Below, in pieces: positions 37,401 to 45,906 of a stretch of DNA of 64,000 nucleotides (the first letter of the stretch is position 1; each line of letters begins with the position of its first letter). Position numbers and translations under genes: made by a program. The notes under the pieces are model-generated. The model was not told where the DNA came from. It saw only the letters and a program-made list of their open reading frames with translations, and did not search any database. This stretch comes from Phoronis australis (lineage: Eukaryota > Animalia > Phoronida), in NCBI GenBank assembly GCA_002633005.1, contig NMRA01000206.1, forward strand, positions 404,991 to 468,990, in the 5' to 3' direction.

Positions 37401-40132
37401 TAAGAAAATTCTAGTTCATTTTTGCTAACTCTGTACTATGTACATGTAAGTCACCAAGCAACATTTGCTAAATTTTCATACAATTTGCAGTGAATTGGCC
37501 TTAGAAAATTGAAAATTTAGACAATTATTTTTGAGAGAAATAAGTGAATAACAGCCGTAGGTAGGACAAAAATGGGCAATGGTCAGATTAAACGTGCCCG
37601 AATTTTGAGAACCAGTTTTCTCCACATAGAAACGGGCATCAAACTGGTTCTCAAAATCTGGGCGCATCCTATTCTACTATTGCCTAGAAATGATCCCTGG
37701 TAAACAGGTTGCATGATACATCCACAAGATGGGAAGAGAGTCTGAAAGGGTGCAAATGTGTGGAGTGTTGAGATGGGAGACACTGGACACAGTAGACACC
37801 TGTTGATGAGTGGCACACTCACTCAAGGCAGGAATTTTCATCAAGTTAACAAAACCAAACTCAAACTGACAACTCTCATTTAGCAGTGTCATTCAAGACA
37901 TTCGAGGATACCAGCTGTTCCTAGAACAGAAAGCTTAAAGATCTCTTCTCACAGCATAGACTAACAAAAATTATTTAAGGATCGTCTGGAGAATAGCTCA
38001 CCAACTTCCAGCAAATTAACGCTAATTAGGTGTTTGAGTCATTTTTCAAAAGGTTTGTAAGACTGCTTAAGTTTGAAACTCTGCAATTTCTCAACAAAAA
38101 CTTTCTGATGTTAGCTATAGATCATAATTTAAAAATGGTAAATTTAGTATCTTTTACGGAAAAATTGAAAAGCTAAAACGTCACTTCTCCAGTCAGACAG
38201 TGGCATGCATTGGTGGCCTTTTATCACACAGAAACATTTGAGCAGCGAGCATCGTTATAGCAATGTTACAGAGACCACGAACCAGTGAAAACTGCAGGTT
38301 CTGAAAACATTAGACAGGCCAAACTGATTTGATCGTACATTCACACTTCCCAAGATAGAAATTGGTTTAGGTTGAATTGATTCCAAACCACCTCCACGCC
38401 CCGGCTCATACTTCATCGGTGGGAACTAAACTGCTTTCGTTGAAAGCTCTTTACTAAATCAGTTTGAACCCCAAACCGATTTCAAATCGAGTTTAAGTCC
38501 TCATTGAGAAAAATATGTTTCCCAATGGTGAGTGTTCACATATTGGGTTAAGTGACTTCACACCTTTGTACTGGTGTTGACTGCTCCTTTATCCAGTCTA
38601 CACAGGTGTAATAAACAAGACTACCTTGAGTGACTAGCAGCTATGATTGTACACTACGTTCGTTTGTCATGCGTGTACTCAACAACACCACTGAGAGTGC
38701 GGTATCCGTGCCAGTGAAGATTCAAAAGTCAGACATTTTCTGGGATGGCAAAAACACAGAGAGAGCCAAAAATGCCAGAAGTATTCACTTCTGTTCAATT
38801 CTTCTGTCTCGTAGATCTACAATTATTTTTTTGCACATTTCACACAAACATTATCTAATTTAAGTAATATTAACTAACAAGCACAAACAAGTTTTATTAC
38901 TAACAAAAAGGGCACTTGATAATGCTAATAAATGTTACCTTAGATATTATCGAAGACTGGCGCAATACCAGTCCATTGTCATCTCAATGACATTGAATAA
39001 ATTTGTTTCACTTAGTGAAACTATGATTCACTGATTGTGTAGGCAAGTAGAAATATCTGAGAAGACTAGTGAGGTAACTTGGGAGCAAACATTAGTTAAC
39101 AGTGAACTTATCTTTATCACAGCAAACACTTCCCTGGGGTTAAGATTACAATCAATACATGATTTATTTCTCAGAAAATACTAGTCACGAAGTCGGTGTT
39201 GAAAACATCGTTTACAACAAAAAGAAGGAGTATCCCGCAAAAGTTTAAGGAAAATTTTAAACAAGGTTTAGAGATTGCAGTCCACCATTGACCAATCTAT
39301 TACCTACAGATTATAGTTTTATCTACCTGTCTATTAAATACAGATTTTAAGTCACTGAATTGCCATGGATAGTGTCAAAAGCTTCTTTGCTGTCAAGGAA
39401 CAAAAGGCTGCTACCATTTCAAACCTGTAATGGTTTGGCTATCAATAGATAGCCTAGGGTAAGAACTTGGTAATCATAGCCTAACAATTCTTGCATAACT
39501 GTCAAGGTGATATTTCAAAGTGGGGACATCAACTTTCTCAGACCACTTTTGGGCCCATCTCATAGTTGTAAAATTGGATTTATGTACAAATAGAAGACAG
39601 CATTGACAGACACAAATGTGTCTTATCTTGAAAACAGGGAATACATGATAAACAAAGAAGGTAGTTAATACCTAGCTAGACAACATAGATTTTAATGGCC
39701 TACATAATTATGTAATTTCTAACTTAAATTGCAATTCAAGTGCAAAATTGAGTTAAAAACAAAATTAAGGAGTAATTCAAGGTCATGTGGGAATAAAAAC
39801 TGTTGGCTGCTATTTTTATTCATTTTTCAATGCACGCATTAATTTAAAAAGAATGAATATAAAAGTGAACCAAAACTCAAAATTAAATGTTTAAAGGGTC
39901 CATTAACCTAAAACTAGAAGTTGATTCATTTTTAAGTATACAGGATGTTTAATCGACGATTTAAGTAAAACTTACCTCTGTACGGAATTATCCTGAAGTC
40001 ATATGTGCCTGGCACTGCCGATGCAGCTCCAATAACCCTGAGCAATGAGTCTAGAACCAGCACACAGAAAAACCACAGCGGCAAACTCCACGAAAATGTC
40101 CTCGACCGTTGATTTTTCAGTTTTGATTCCAT
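4302..40132 (-). CDS. SEMA5: Semaphorin-5-like gene, spliced CDS of 14 exons and 787 codons traced; 3' part unresolved or off-window
   Basis: Manually joined exons give a continuous frame: signal peptide; Sema motifs (VIVGARDHL, ECHNFIRVL, FACGTYAYDPKC, GLAKCPF, YVYFFFRE, VYSRVARVCKNDRGG, WTTFMKARLNCS, GSAVCVF); PSI (CLNAMDPYCGW); then TSP1 repeats. Sema+PSI+TSP1 is the defining class-5 architecture. Intron phases are 1,2,0,1,0,2,0,2,0,2,1,1,1,(1). Confidence 0.95.
5124..5152. repeat. (ATT)n microsatellite
   Basis: cattattattattatcattattattatca. Confidence 0.85.
5206..5376 (-). CDS. SEMA5: Sema5 coding exon 13: TSP1 repeat 3
   Basis: RDGQWSGWLEWSSCSKQCGGG...RRRCSNPSPAFGGRSC; tgtccag acceptor, gtaagt donor, 171 nt, phase 1 to 1. 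Confidence 0.94.
5650..5826 (-). CDS. SEMA5: Sema5 coding exon 12: TSP1 repeat 2
   Basis: VHGRWGEWSQWSACGATCG...RTRHCSSPAPQFGGRAC; ttccttcag acceptor, gtaag donor, 177 nt, phase 1 to 1. Confidence 0.96.
5908..6151 (-). mobile_element. tRNA-derived SINE with 13-bp target-site duplication
   Basis: Minus-strand head has an A-box-like TGGCCTGGTTG and B-box GGTTCAAGTCC; exact direct repeat cgacttacaataa at 5895-5907 and 6152-6164; 3' hairpin and T-rich tail. Confidence 0.85.
6368..6608 (+). mobile_element. 5'-truncated RTE-clade LINE 3' end
   Basis: Translates LLNTIQTRKLKYFGHIERHDTICKNILEGKTEGVRARGRQRRKWLDDIKD, the characteristic RTE ORF C-terminus, followed by a short UTR and a (TGA)n tail. Confidence 0.85.
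6818..7098 (-). CDS. SEMA5: Sema5 coding exon 11: PSI domain and first TSP1 repeat
   Basis: SCLNAMDPYCGW...DGQWSDWDHWQSC...CKCRSRRCDNPSP...NCT; tttag acceptor, G|gtgag donor, 281 nt, phase 2 to 1. Confidence 0.96.
7443..7519 (-). CDS. SEMA5: Sema5 coding exon 10 (GFLYVGSEMKLMKLPVHRCGRFKDR), end of Sema and start of PSI
   Basis: tgtttcag acceptor, AG|gtgag donor, 77 nt, phase 0 to 2. Confidence 0.92.
7703..7889 (-). CDS. SEMA5: Sema5 coding exon 9 (WSHIAVD...HVLFVAT...CLVEELRLF...MKIME)
   Basis: ttctcccacag acceptor, GAG|gtgtgt donor, 187 nt, phase 2 to 0. Confidence 0.93.
8323..8477 (-). CDS. SEMA5: Sema5 coding exon 8 (CPPGPDS...YQLMDKAVQP...GENE)
   Basis: ttgtttcag acceptor, AG|gtgag donor, 155 nt, phase 0 to 2; LMDxAV motif. 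Confidence 0.93.
8936..9071 (-). CDS. SEMA5: Sema5 coding exon 7 (NSIHGSAVCVFNM...AWERKPNPTSQHQ)
   Basis: cttcttcag acceptor, CAG|gtggg donor, 136 nt, phase 2 to 0. Confidence 0.92.
9084..9350. repeat. 51-bp minisatellite, about 5 copies, abutting the acceptor of coding exon 7
   Basis: Unit aacttrcaggtaagtaaacactacactacagcaaagataatggtcagatat recurs from 9084 and 9135 onward. Confidence 0.95.
9335..9428 (+). mobile_element. Palindromic MITE-like family copy with internal deletion
   Basis: gtcagatata...tagaaccagtttt...cgggcatcaaa shared with copies at 10631, 23590, 24442 and 37573. Confidence 0.65.
9716..9918 (-). CDS. SEMA5: Sema5 coding exon 6 (AVYSRVARVCKND...KARLNCS...YAVFTTP)
   Basis: aattcccag acceptor, gtaag donor, 203 nt, phase 0 to 2. 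Confidence 0.96.
10426..10514 (-). CDS. SEMA5: Sema5 coding exon 5 (VPQFVSSYEVSDYVYFFFREPAVEYTNCGK)
   Basis: tttctttcag acceptor, AAG|gtaat donor, 89 nt, phase 1 to 0; YFFFRE motif. Confidence 0.95.
10631..10735 (-). mobile_element. Palindromic MITE-like family copy, inverted orientation
   Basis: Arms gtgcccacattttgagaaccagttt and aaactggttctctaaatgccggcat; spacer gatgccc is the reverse complement of gggcatc in the other copies. Confidence 0.75.
11405..11867. repeat. Tandem array of three ~154-bp units rich in GAT/GAC triplets
   Basis: Units start agcgrcacttgg at 11405, 11558 and 11713 and end aataggct(ac)agtctt; the third copy is more diverged. Confidence 0.95.
11868..12737 (+). mobile_element. 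Non-autonomous Helentron/HINE-like element, 3' part; left boundary uncertain
   Basis: Perfect terminal hairpin tacttggcgaaat-tt-atttcgccaagta (12705-12732) followed by ataa; repeated ccatcttgg / ccgccatcttt / aaatttc motifs typical of such invertebrate repeats; class assignment is by inference. Confidence 0.5.
13054..13270 (-). CDS. SEMA5: Sema5 coding exon 4 (ITELRR...GLAKCPFGP...LRTPQLNSQWLN)
   Basis: tctgtcacag acceptor, G|gtaag donor, 217 nt, phase 0 to 1. Confidence 0.95.
13285..13371. repeat. Two-copy ~44-bp tandem duplication next to the exon 4 acceptor
   Basis: tactgtaaatcagttcaag...ggcamgatgycaagtgac occurs twice. Confidence 0.85.
13648..13776. repeat. Two-copy ~65-bp tandem duplication
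   Basis: tttgttcacaactcagt...gtgaatctattgcaaggaygcataaacacat occurs twice. Confidence 0.9.
14021..14228 (-). CDS. SEMA5: Sema5 coding exon 3 (DHLLKL...ECHNFIRVL...CGTYAYDPKCSWRS)
   Basis: cccttgtag acceptor, gtacgt donor, 208 nt, phase 2 to 0. Confidence 0.95.
15808..15916 (-). CDS. SEMA5: Sema5 coding exon 2 (DLVPDGRNGVVEYSNGYVDFSKFVFDTQRMLVIVGAR)
   Basis: ttctttgtag acceptor, AG|gtagg donor, 109 nt, phase 1 to 2; IVGAR motif at the Sema domain start; absent from the ORF track. Confidence 0.9.
23590..23712 (+). mobile_element. Palindromic MITE-like family copy, diverged; also present in the duplicate near 26090-26205
   Basis: gtcagatatag...taaccagttttt...actgaataacgggcatcaaattgactcttaaaatg. 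Confidence 0.65.
24442..24567 (+). mobile_element. Palindromic MITE-like family copy; also present in the duplicate near 26934-27060
   Basis: gggtaataatggtcagatat...aaaccagtttt...gcatcaaactggttctcaaagtgtgggcacg...ttcccag. Confidence 0.75.
25234..25401. other. Assembly gap of 168 N
   Basis: Run of n characters. Confidence 1.
28258..28466. mobile_element. MITE with ~25-bp imperfect TIRs, possibly PIF/Harbinger-like
   Basis: gggcccattccaagaacagactta ... taagtcagtttcttggaaggggtccc, with cag/ctg near the flanks. Confidence 0.65.
30497..30909. mobile_element. Non-autonomous DNA transposon relic with G/C-run TIRs
   Basis: Left end ccgtggggggctact, right end gagtaccccccccc(aa)cccggg; GC-richer than the flanks; TSD not recognisable. 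Confidence 0.5.
37573..37686 (+). mobile_element. Palindromic MITE-like family copy, best preserved
   Basis: Perfect 17-bp inverted repeat attttgagaaccagttt (37602-37618) / aaactggttctcaaaat (37641-37657) within longer imperfect arms. Confidence 0.8.
39976..40132 (-). CDS. SEMA5: Sema5 coding exon 1: start codon and signal peptide (MESKLKNQRSRTFSWSLPLWFFCVLVLDSLLRVIGAASAVPGTYDFRIIPYR)
   Basis: ATG in strong context (ACTATGG), basic n-region plus hydrophobic h-region, ends AG|gtaagt in phase 1 matching the next exon. An in-frame ATG lies 5 codons upstream (40147). Confidence 0.8.
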
Positions 40133-40315
40133 AGTTGGCAAAATCATAAGTTCACAACAACGAATGACTCCCCAATTATTTCTGAGACTTTTTAGGTGCA
40201 CATGGCATGACTATAGCAATGATATCCTGAGTGTCCGCAGCGTCATAGTGATAAAACTGTCACCAATCAGTAATCCAACAAAACACCGTTATCCTCGGTG
40301 AAAAATCACACTTAT
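40133..40315 (-). other. Probable 5'UTR part of the first coding exon, implying a further non-coding exon upstream
   Basis: Strong acceptor ttttttattctatttttcag|ATAAG with the AG at 40317-40316. Confidence 0.55.
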
Positions 40316-41249
40316 CTGAAAAATAGAATAAAAAACTTAGGCAAAACGCCGACAGTTCATCACAGATCTTCAGTGCAGATTCCACACACTTCAAGGCTTG
40401 TTTTTCCATACAGCCAACCTCCGGGAGTGAACCATCCCAAATTCTTACAAATGGTGGGACAATCCTTTTTCTGACTGACTAAACAACTTCACAACACTTG
40501 TCTACTGACAACAGCCCTCCAATCAAAACACCATCAGAGAGAAAAGTCAAAGAAAATACACCCACCACAGTTATTGAGTAGGGTTTAAAAATGGAAAAAA
40601 TTTCTAAGCAACAAAAAGGGGAAAGTAAATTCAATCAAAGTACAAACTTACAGAAACAATCCTCAGCCTCACTCCTATCACATGTGCCTGTGTGTGTGTG
40701 TACTGAACCTGTGTGGTGGCTACTGGCCAATTGTTTGTACAAGACAGTTGATCTATACCCTGTTGCAGCAGGGCATTGACAAGTGGCAATCTTATGCCCT
40801 GCAGAAAATGATAGCAGCAATAGTAATACCCTCCACCACAGGAGTACTAGAGGGGGGCTTCAACAAAAATGTCAAACTTGTTTAGTAAACCATTCTTTTT
40901 CAGCAATCAGTGAACTTAAACCTAAACTTCTGAACTGGGGTGTATAAACTTCCAAGTGATCCAATGGATAACTTTCAGGGTGGTATGACATTCAAATACA
41001 TCACACTGAGACTGGTGTTGTAATCATGAAGGCAACCTTTATGCAACACAGGACCTAGACAGAGCAGTTACCTCTTGATTTATGCACCAACGGTGACTAA
41101 ATGTTACTTTGCTTTATGGAACCCTATTAACTCAAGTCTATGAAAATGCCCATTACGTGGTCAAAAAATAAAACAGTTTTCAAACAAATGTTAGCAAGTT
41201 TCAGTGAAATTTGCCAAGCTTTGTTGAGTGTATGGCCAAAACCATTCAA

Positions 41250-41545
41250 GTTTATTTATTTATTGTAATATTTAAAGTGAGGAAGGCCTCTTCATTGACA
41301 GCACTGCTTTCCAAGAGAGCACTCAACAGCAAAATATAAAACATTAATATAATACAATAAAGTAGTAAAACAATAATTATATTCACGCAACAAAGAAACA
41401 AAACAGGTTGAGAATTTAGATAATAAATAAATGAAGGATGACGAAAATTTGACTGAGAGATCAACTAAATAAAAGGACGATACAAAATAGTGAGGGTATT
41501 TACAGTAATGAAAATAACACGATTAAGACAGATGAGGTTAAGAAT
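41250..41545 (-). mobile_element. Possible decayed CR1/L2-type LINE 3' end
   Basis: Minus strand ends cttggaaagcagtgc...gaggccttcctcactttaaat with an (AATA)n tail; weak resemblance only. Confidence 0.35.
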
Positions 41546-42704
41546 GAATAGAAAACAGGCGAAAAATGCTGTATCATTTGAAATGAACCCAAAATTTTTT
41601 CCATAACTTTTGCCGATTTTTTAAAGGTACAATAAAAACACAGTTCTGGACCACAAGATGAGAATAAAACATTGTTTGGACTGTTGTAGTCACATCATGT
41701 ATTTCTGTTTTACCCTGAGGATGATTTTAAATTAAAAGTGAAACTTTGTTCCACAATGTGTTTAGATCTGTGCTGAAAATCAGATGGCTGCTATAGGTTG
41801 CATTAAAATTGTAATACTCATCGAGAAATAAGATACGTTTACAAAATGAAAATGTTCGCCTAAAAGTCATATTCCAATATACCGGCGACGAGTTGAAATT
41901 TGATTTGCTGCTACAATATTTTGGGTGCGAGCGTAAAAATGCTTCATAATTACAATAGACACGTGATTTGGATGGATATTTTAAATCAGTGCATTTCACA
42001 GCATTTTGCATTTAAATTGCTTGTTCTCAGCAGCCTTCAAATAAATACTGCCATACAGTGGGATGTTCATGTAAATAAGCCTTCCCTTAAATATCCATGA
42101 ATGAAGCAAGCTGCCTTTCACCTTGGTTAACTCTGCCTGTCTAGACATCACACTTTGAAATCAGCTTGAGTAGAAGTCACCTTTCTCTTATCACAAAGCT
42201 ACAGTCAGTTCTATGAGGAAATTATTGTGTTGACATTACCTTTGTTTCATAACAGATCTGTCCTGAGCAACAAAACACACAGGTGATACACGTGCTCTAA
42301 CAGGTAAGAATAAAAAGACAAATAGTCACACTTGACCGACTTCCCACATTGACTTGGCTTCAACGAACCATGGCTGAGTAGCCAGGCTTGGTGCAGTCAA
42401 CCATACTGCTGGAAACAGGACTGTCAAAGTGTACAAAAGACTCCCTCTTAACAACAGAGCCCAGCAAGGATTTATGGGTACAAATCCTTGTTAAACCTGC
42501 CATAAAACAGTCCCAATAAAAGGTTCACATATAATCTACATCTTGAGAAGGTACATTCATCAACCATGAAAGACTGAGTGGCCATTTATGTAAAATAAAT
42601 CCTCAGTACATTCAGAGAAAGTAAAACCTCTCCAGATTTCTTTACACATGTTTAAGAAAAGAAAATATTGTTCAGCAGCAGAATTGTGGACTGACATTCA
42701 TAGG

Positions 42705-42939
42705 GAGGTCCACCATGAATACCCAATAACCATAAATCACCAAGAAATGTATTACAGCTAAGTACATGTAGTTAGCTAATATTCTATATAGCATTATGAT
42801 TAACAGTTAGGCTGGCGAACAGAGACCGAGTTAAAAAATGAGATAGCACAGCAACTGATTTTAAATGTGAGGTCCACCATTATACCCTATAACCATAAAT
42901 CACCAAAAATGAGACAGCACAGCAATTGATTTTAAATGT
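42705..42939. repeat. Patchwork local duplications
   Basis: gaggtccaccat...ataaccataaatcaccaa occurs twice and aaaaatgagayagcacagcaaytgattttaaatgt occurs twice. Confidence 0.8.
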
Positions 42940-44704
42940 TGTCCAAGAATTAAAAAGTTCTGATTTTGTGAAAGTCAGTAAAAATTTACAGTTACTGATT
43001 ACAAGAACAGTACATACAAAAGCCTTTTTTCAGCATAAAACATTATTCAGCAAACATTTCGCAACTCGTGTTTGCACTGAGCTGGCAGGACAGATCTACC
43101 CAAAGCATTAGTAGAAGCCGTTATTATTCATACAACCAAACTAATATCTTAACAATAATGATTGTTCAGGCAATATGGAAAGAGTTTTCAAATGGAATTA
43201 ATCGAGGCATTAAAAAGGCCGCGCTACAAATAATATGGAAGTTAATCATTACCATGTTACCAATGTTGATATATACCCTAAAATTACAGTTAACATTTCG
43301 GTATCCATCATTTTATTCCATTTTTCAAATTGATGACCGCACACAGAATGATAGTAGAAAGTTGTTAAGTTAGATGACTTATGCTCAAATGGAATGTAAA
43401 TTTGTCAAGTCATGAATAGAGCAGAATTTAAAAACTACATTTTTACGTGACAGTTGTGAGACTGCATCGCACAAAACAAGAAATGAAAATTCAATATTGA
43501 CAAATGCTTAACAATCACAGAGCAGAATTCTTGCACATTCAGTAAAATGCTGGTTGCATTCTTGCCAAATCAATTCCAAATACTATTTATGTAACACAAG
43601 ACAAATTTCACAGTCACTGTGGTATGCGAGCAGGTAGGAATCAAAATAACCATGGCCCAGGTAGCAGAAATAACAAATAATCACACTAATGATAACACAT
43701 AAAGATAACATGACTTGTATTGACAACAAGTGGGCATCAATTATATGAAAGACCTGAAGCTCAATTATAAACATAATCAATTTTAATCTCACTAAATTAC
43801 CTGCTTATCCTACAACCTGTGAAGGTGCGAGTAGGTGTAGGGAGAGGGGACTCAGGGGAGGGGGATGAATTTGGGGGGAGGTGAGGTGGGGGGAGGGTCT
43901 ATAATAAGTGCAAACACTTTGGAAGAGCCAAAACCTACAAACAACACTTAGAAAAACATCAAAATGTGTAGACTGACCTAAGACCGAGACAGTTTGGAGC
44001 CAAAGTTATGGTTAGAAATACCAGAAGATCTCACACAACAAAATTGCTATCCCTGATGCCTGAAAGCAAGCTATAACCCCATTGACCCACCCAAATATAA
44101 GAGCAGCCTGAAACTGATGCATTCAGCGCAAGAGCCAACATCTAAATGCACAGATAGAACCAATCACTGAGTTGCAATTTCAGTTTCTGTGATTCACCAA
44201 AGTCGGGGTTTGTCAAAACGAAAACGCCAGAGCGCTAAAAATTCCCAAATTTGAAAAACGTAATCGGCCAAACTGCCATCTTTTGATTTTTCAAAAGCTC
44301 ACTGCAAATAGTAAAAAATTGCTCAAAAGTTCATCACGTTTTTTTTGACAACAGCTGTACGATACAAATTGTGAATCATGAAGTACAATAATTTACCGGG
44401 GGTCCTTTTGAATTCTAAACTGAAGAAATTTTATCACAAGATTTCAACAAGGCACAGCCTGTTATTGATAAATACTTACCAGATGTCTACGTTTTCTAAT
44501 GACAGGTGATAGAGAGAGGTATCTAAATACAAAGACGATTTCAAAGTATAAGATACTTATCTTTGTCCCGGATAACCTTTACAAGTGGAAAAATAAAACG
44601 AAACAGCAAGCACACAATAGAGACGACTATTCAGTCATAAAAAAACTAATATTTCCTCGTGTATATACTGTATACCCTACACCCAACAAGAATACGATAA
44701 GTCT

Positions 44705-44900
44705 ACACTATGGCTCAGTGGTTTGAGCTCCCGAATCCTGTTTGGGAGACCGGGCTTCAAATCCTGGCTTTACTGGCGGACAATCAAGCAATGCACACAG
44801 GTGTCTGCTACTGCTCTGAGCTCAGTTTTGCTGGTGAATGGGAGTGAATGAGAACCTGGATATAATGCAAAAGCAATTTCCGGGGCCCTGTTCTCCACAC
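44705..44900 (+). mobile_element. Decayed tRNA-derived SINE
   Basis: A-box TGGCTCAGTGG (44711-44721) and B-box-like GCTTCAAATCC (44754-44764) at tRNA spacing, no complete cloverleaf; 3' limit approximate. Confidence 0.55.
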
Positions 44901-45860
44901 AAAATATAGTAGAACATTATTTTGTCAAGTTCTCAACAAAAAATACTAAGAAAATTTCAGTCCGTTGTTAGTCTGGTTTCTACGTAGATGTCGTAAAACA
45001 GCTTTTGGAAAAGTTTCCCTCTGAAAAATTACCACTTTTGTGCCATAGTGAAGCAGCAAAACTATTCTATCGTGACTTTTTCAAGGTGGCTCCCTACAAA
45101 TGAAGTCTTTTTTACGAGTCCACTCTCTAAACGAGCGGGGGTCCTAGTTTTCGAGTAGTACCATTGCCAACAATAAAATACGGTATCCTTGGGACCCTGA
45201 GTTACTAAAATTTCAGCACATTGATGGCACTTTCATCCATCATTTCAAAATGGAAGTAAAAGACTGAATGAGCACTTCTATCCAGTTAACTTGGAATGTT
45301 TCTAAAAGTATATTCATACAAACATGGACTGTTTCCTATGGCAGGAGTTGTGCCTAAATGTCACAGTACAATTTCAATTTTCAAATAGCATTGTGCTTTC
45401 TCAACCCACTGCTGCTGATTTCAAATATCTAGTTAAATAGCTCAAAAAGTCATAACACACACAATAAAAACAACACCAAGGCTTGCAAAGACATAAATGA
45501 TGTTTGTAGAAGCACAGCAATTAATTTCCCATTCATTACCTCATTAAAAATGCACAACAAATTTGGCTCAAGATAAGGCACCCCTGGGGTTAAACTCTGA
45601 CATTAAATCACATTTAATAACACTACACAGTCTGTTATCAAGAACACTTTCAAATCCACTAAACAAACATTACACCACTTAATTGGTCAGAGCACCTTAT
45701 ATGTAAGCCTTGCTATAATTTAAAGTGCCCCTTATCTTATTTTCCATCAGTGATGAATAAAAGTTTGGGGAGTGGTTCCTTGACTTCACAGCCACAAAGT
45801 CATTTCAAAACTGTTTACCACATGCCAACTATAGTTATGTAATGGGAAGACTCAATTATG

Positions 45861-45906
45861 AACAATACAATATAATACAATACAATACAATACCATAGGA
45901 TACAAT
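45861..45906. repeat. (TACAA)n imperfect microsatellite
   Basis: aacaatacaatataatacaatacaatacaataccataggatacaat. Confidence 0.8.
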
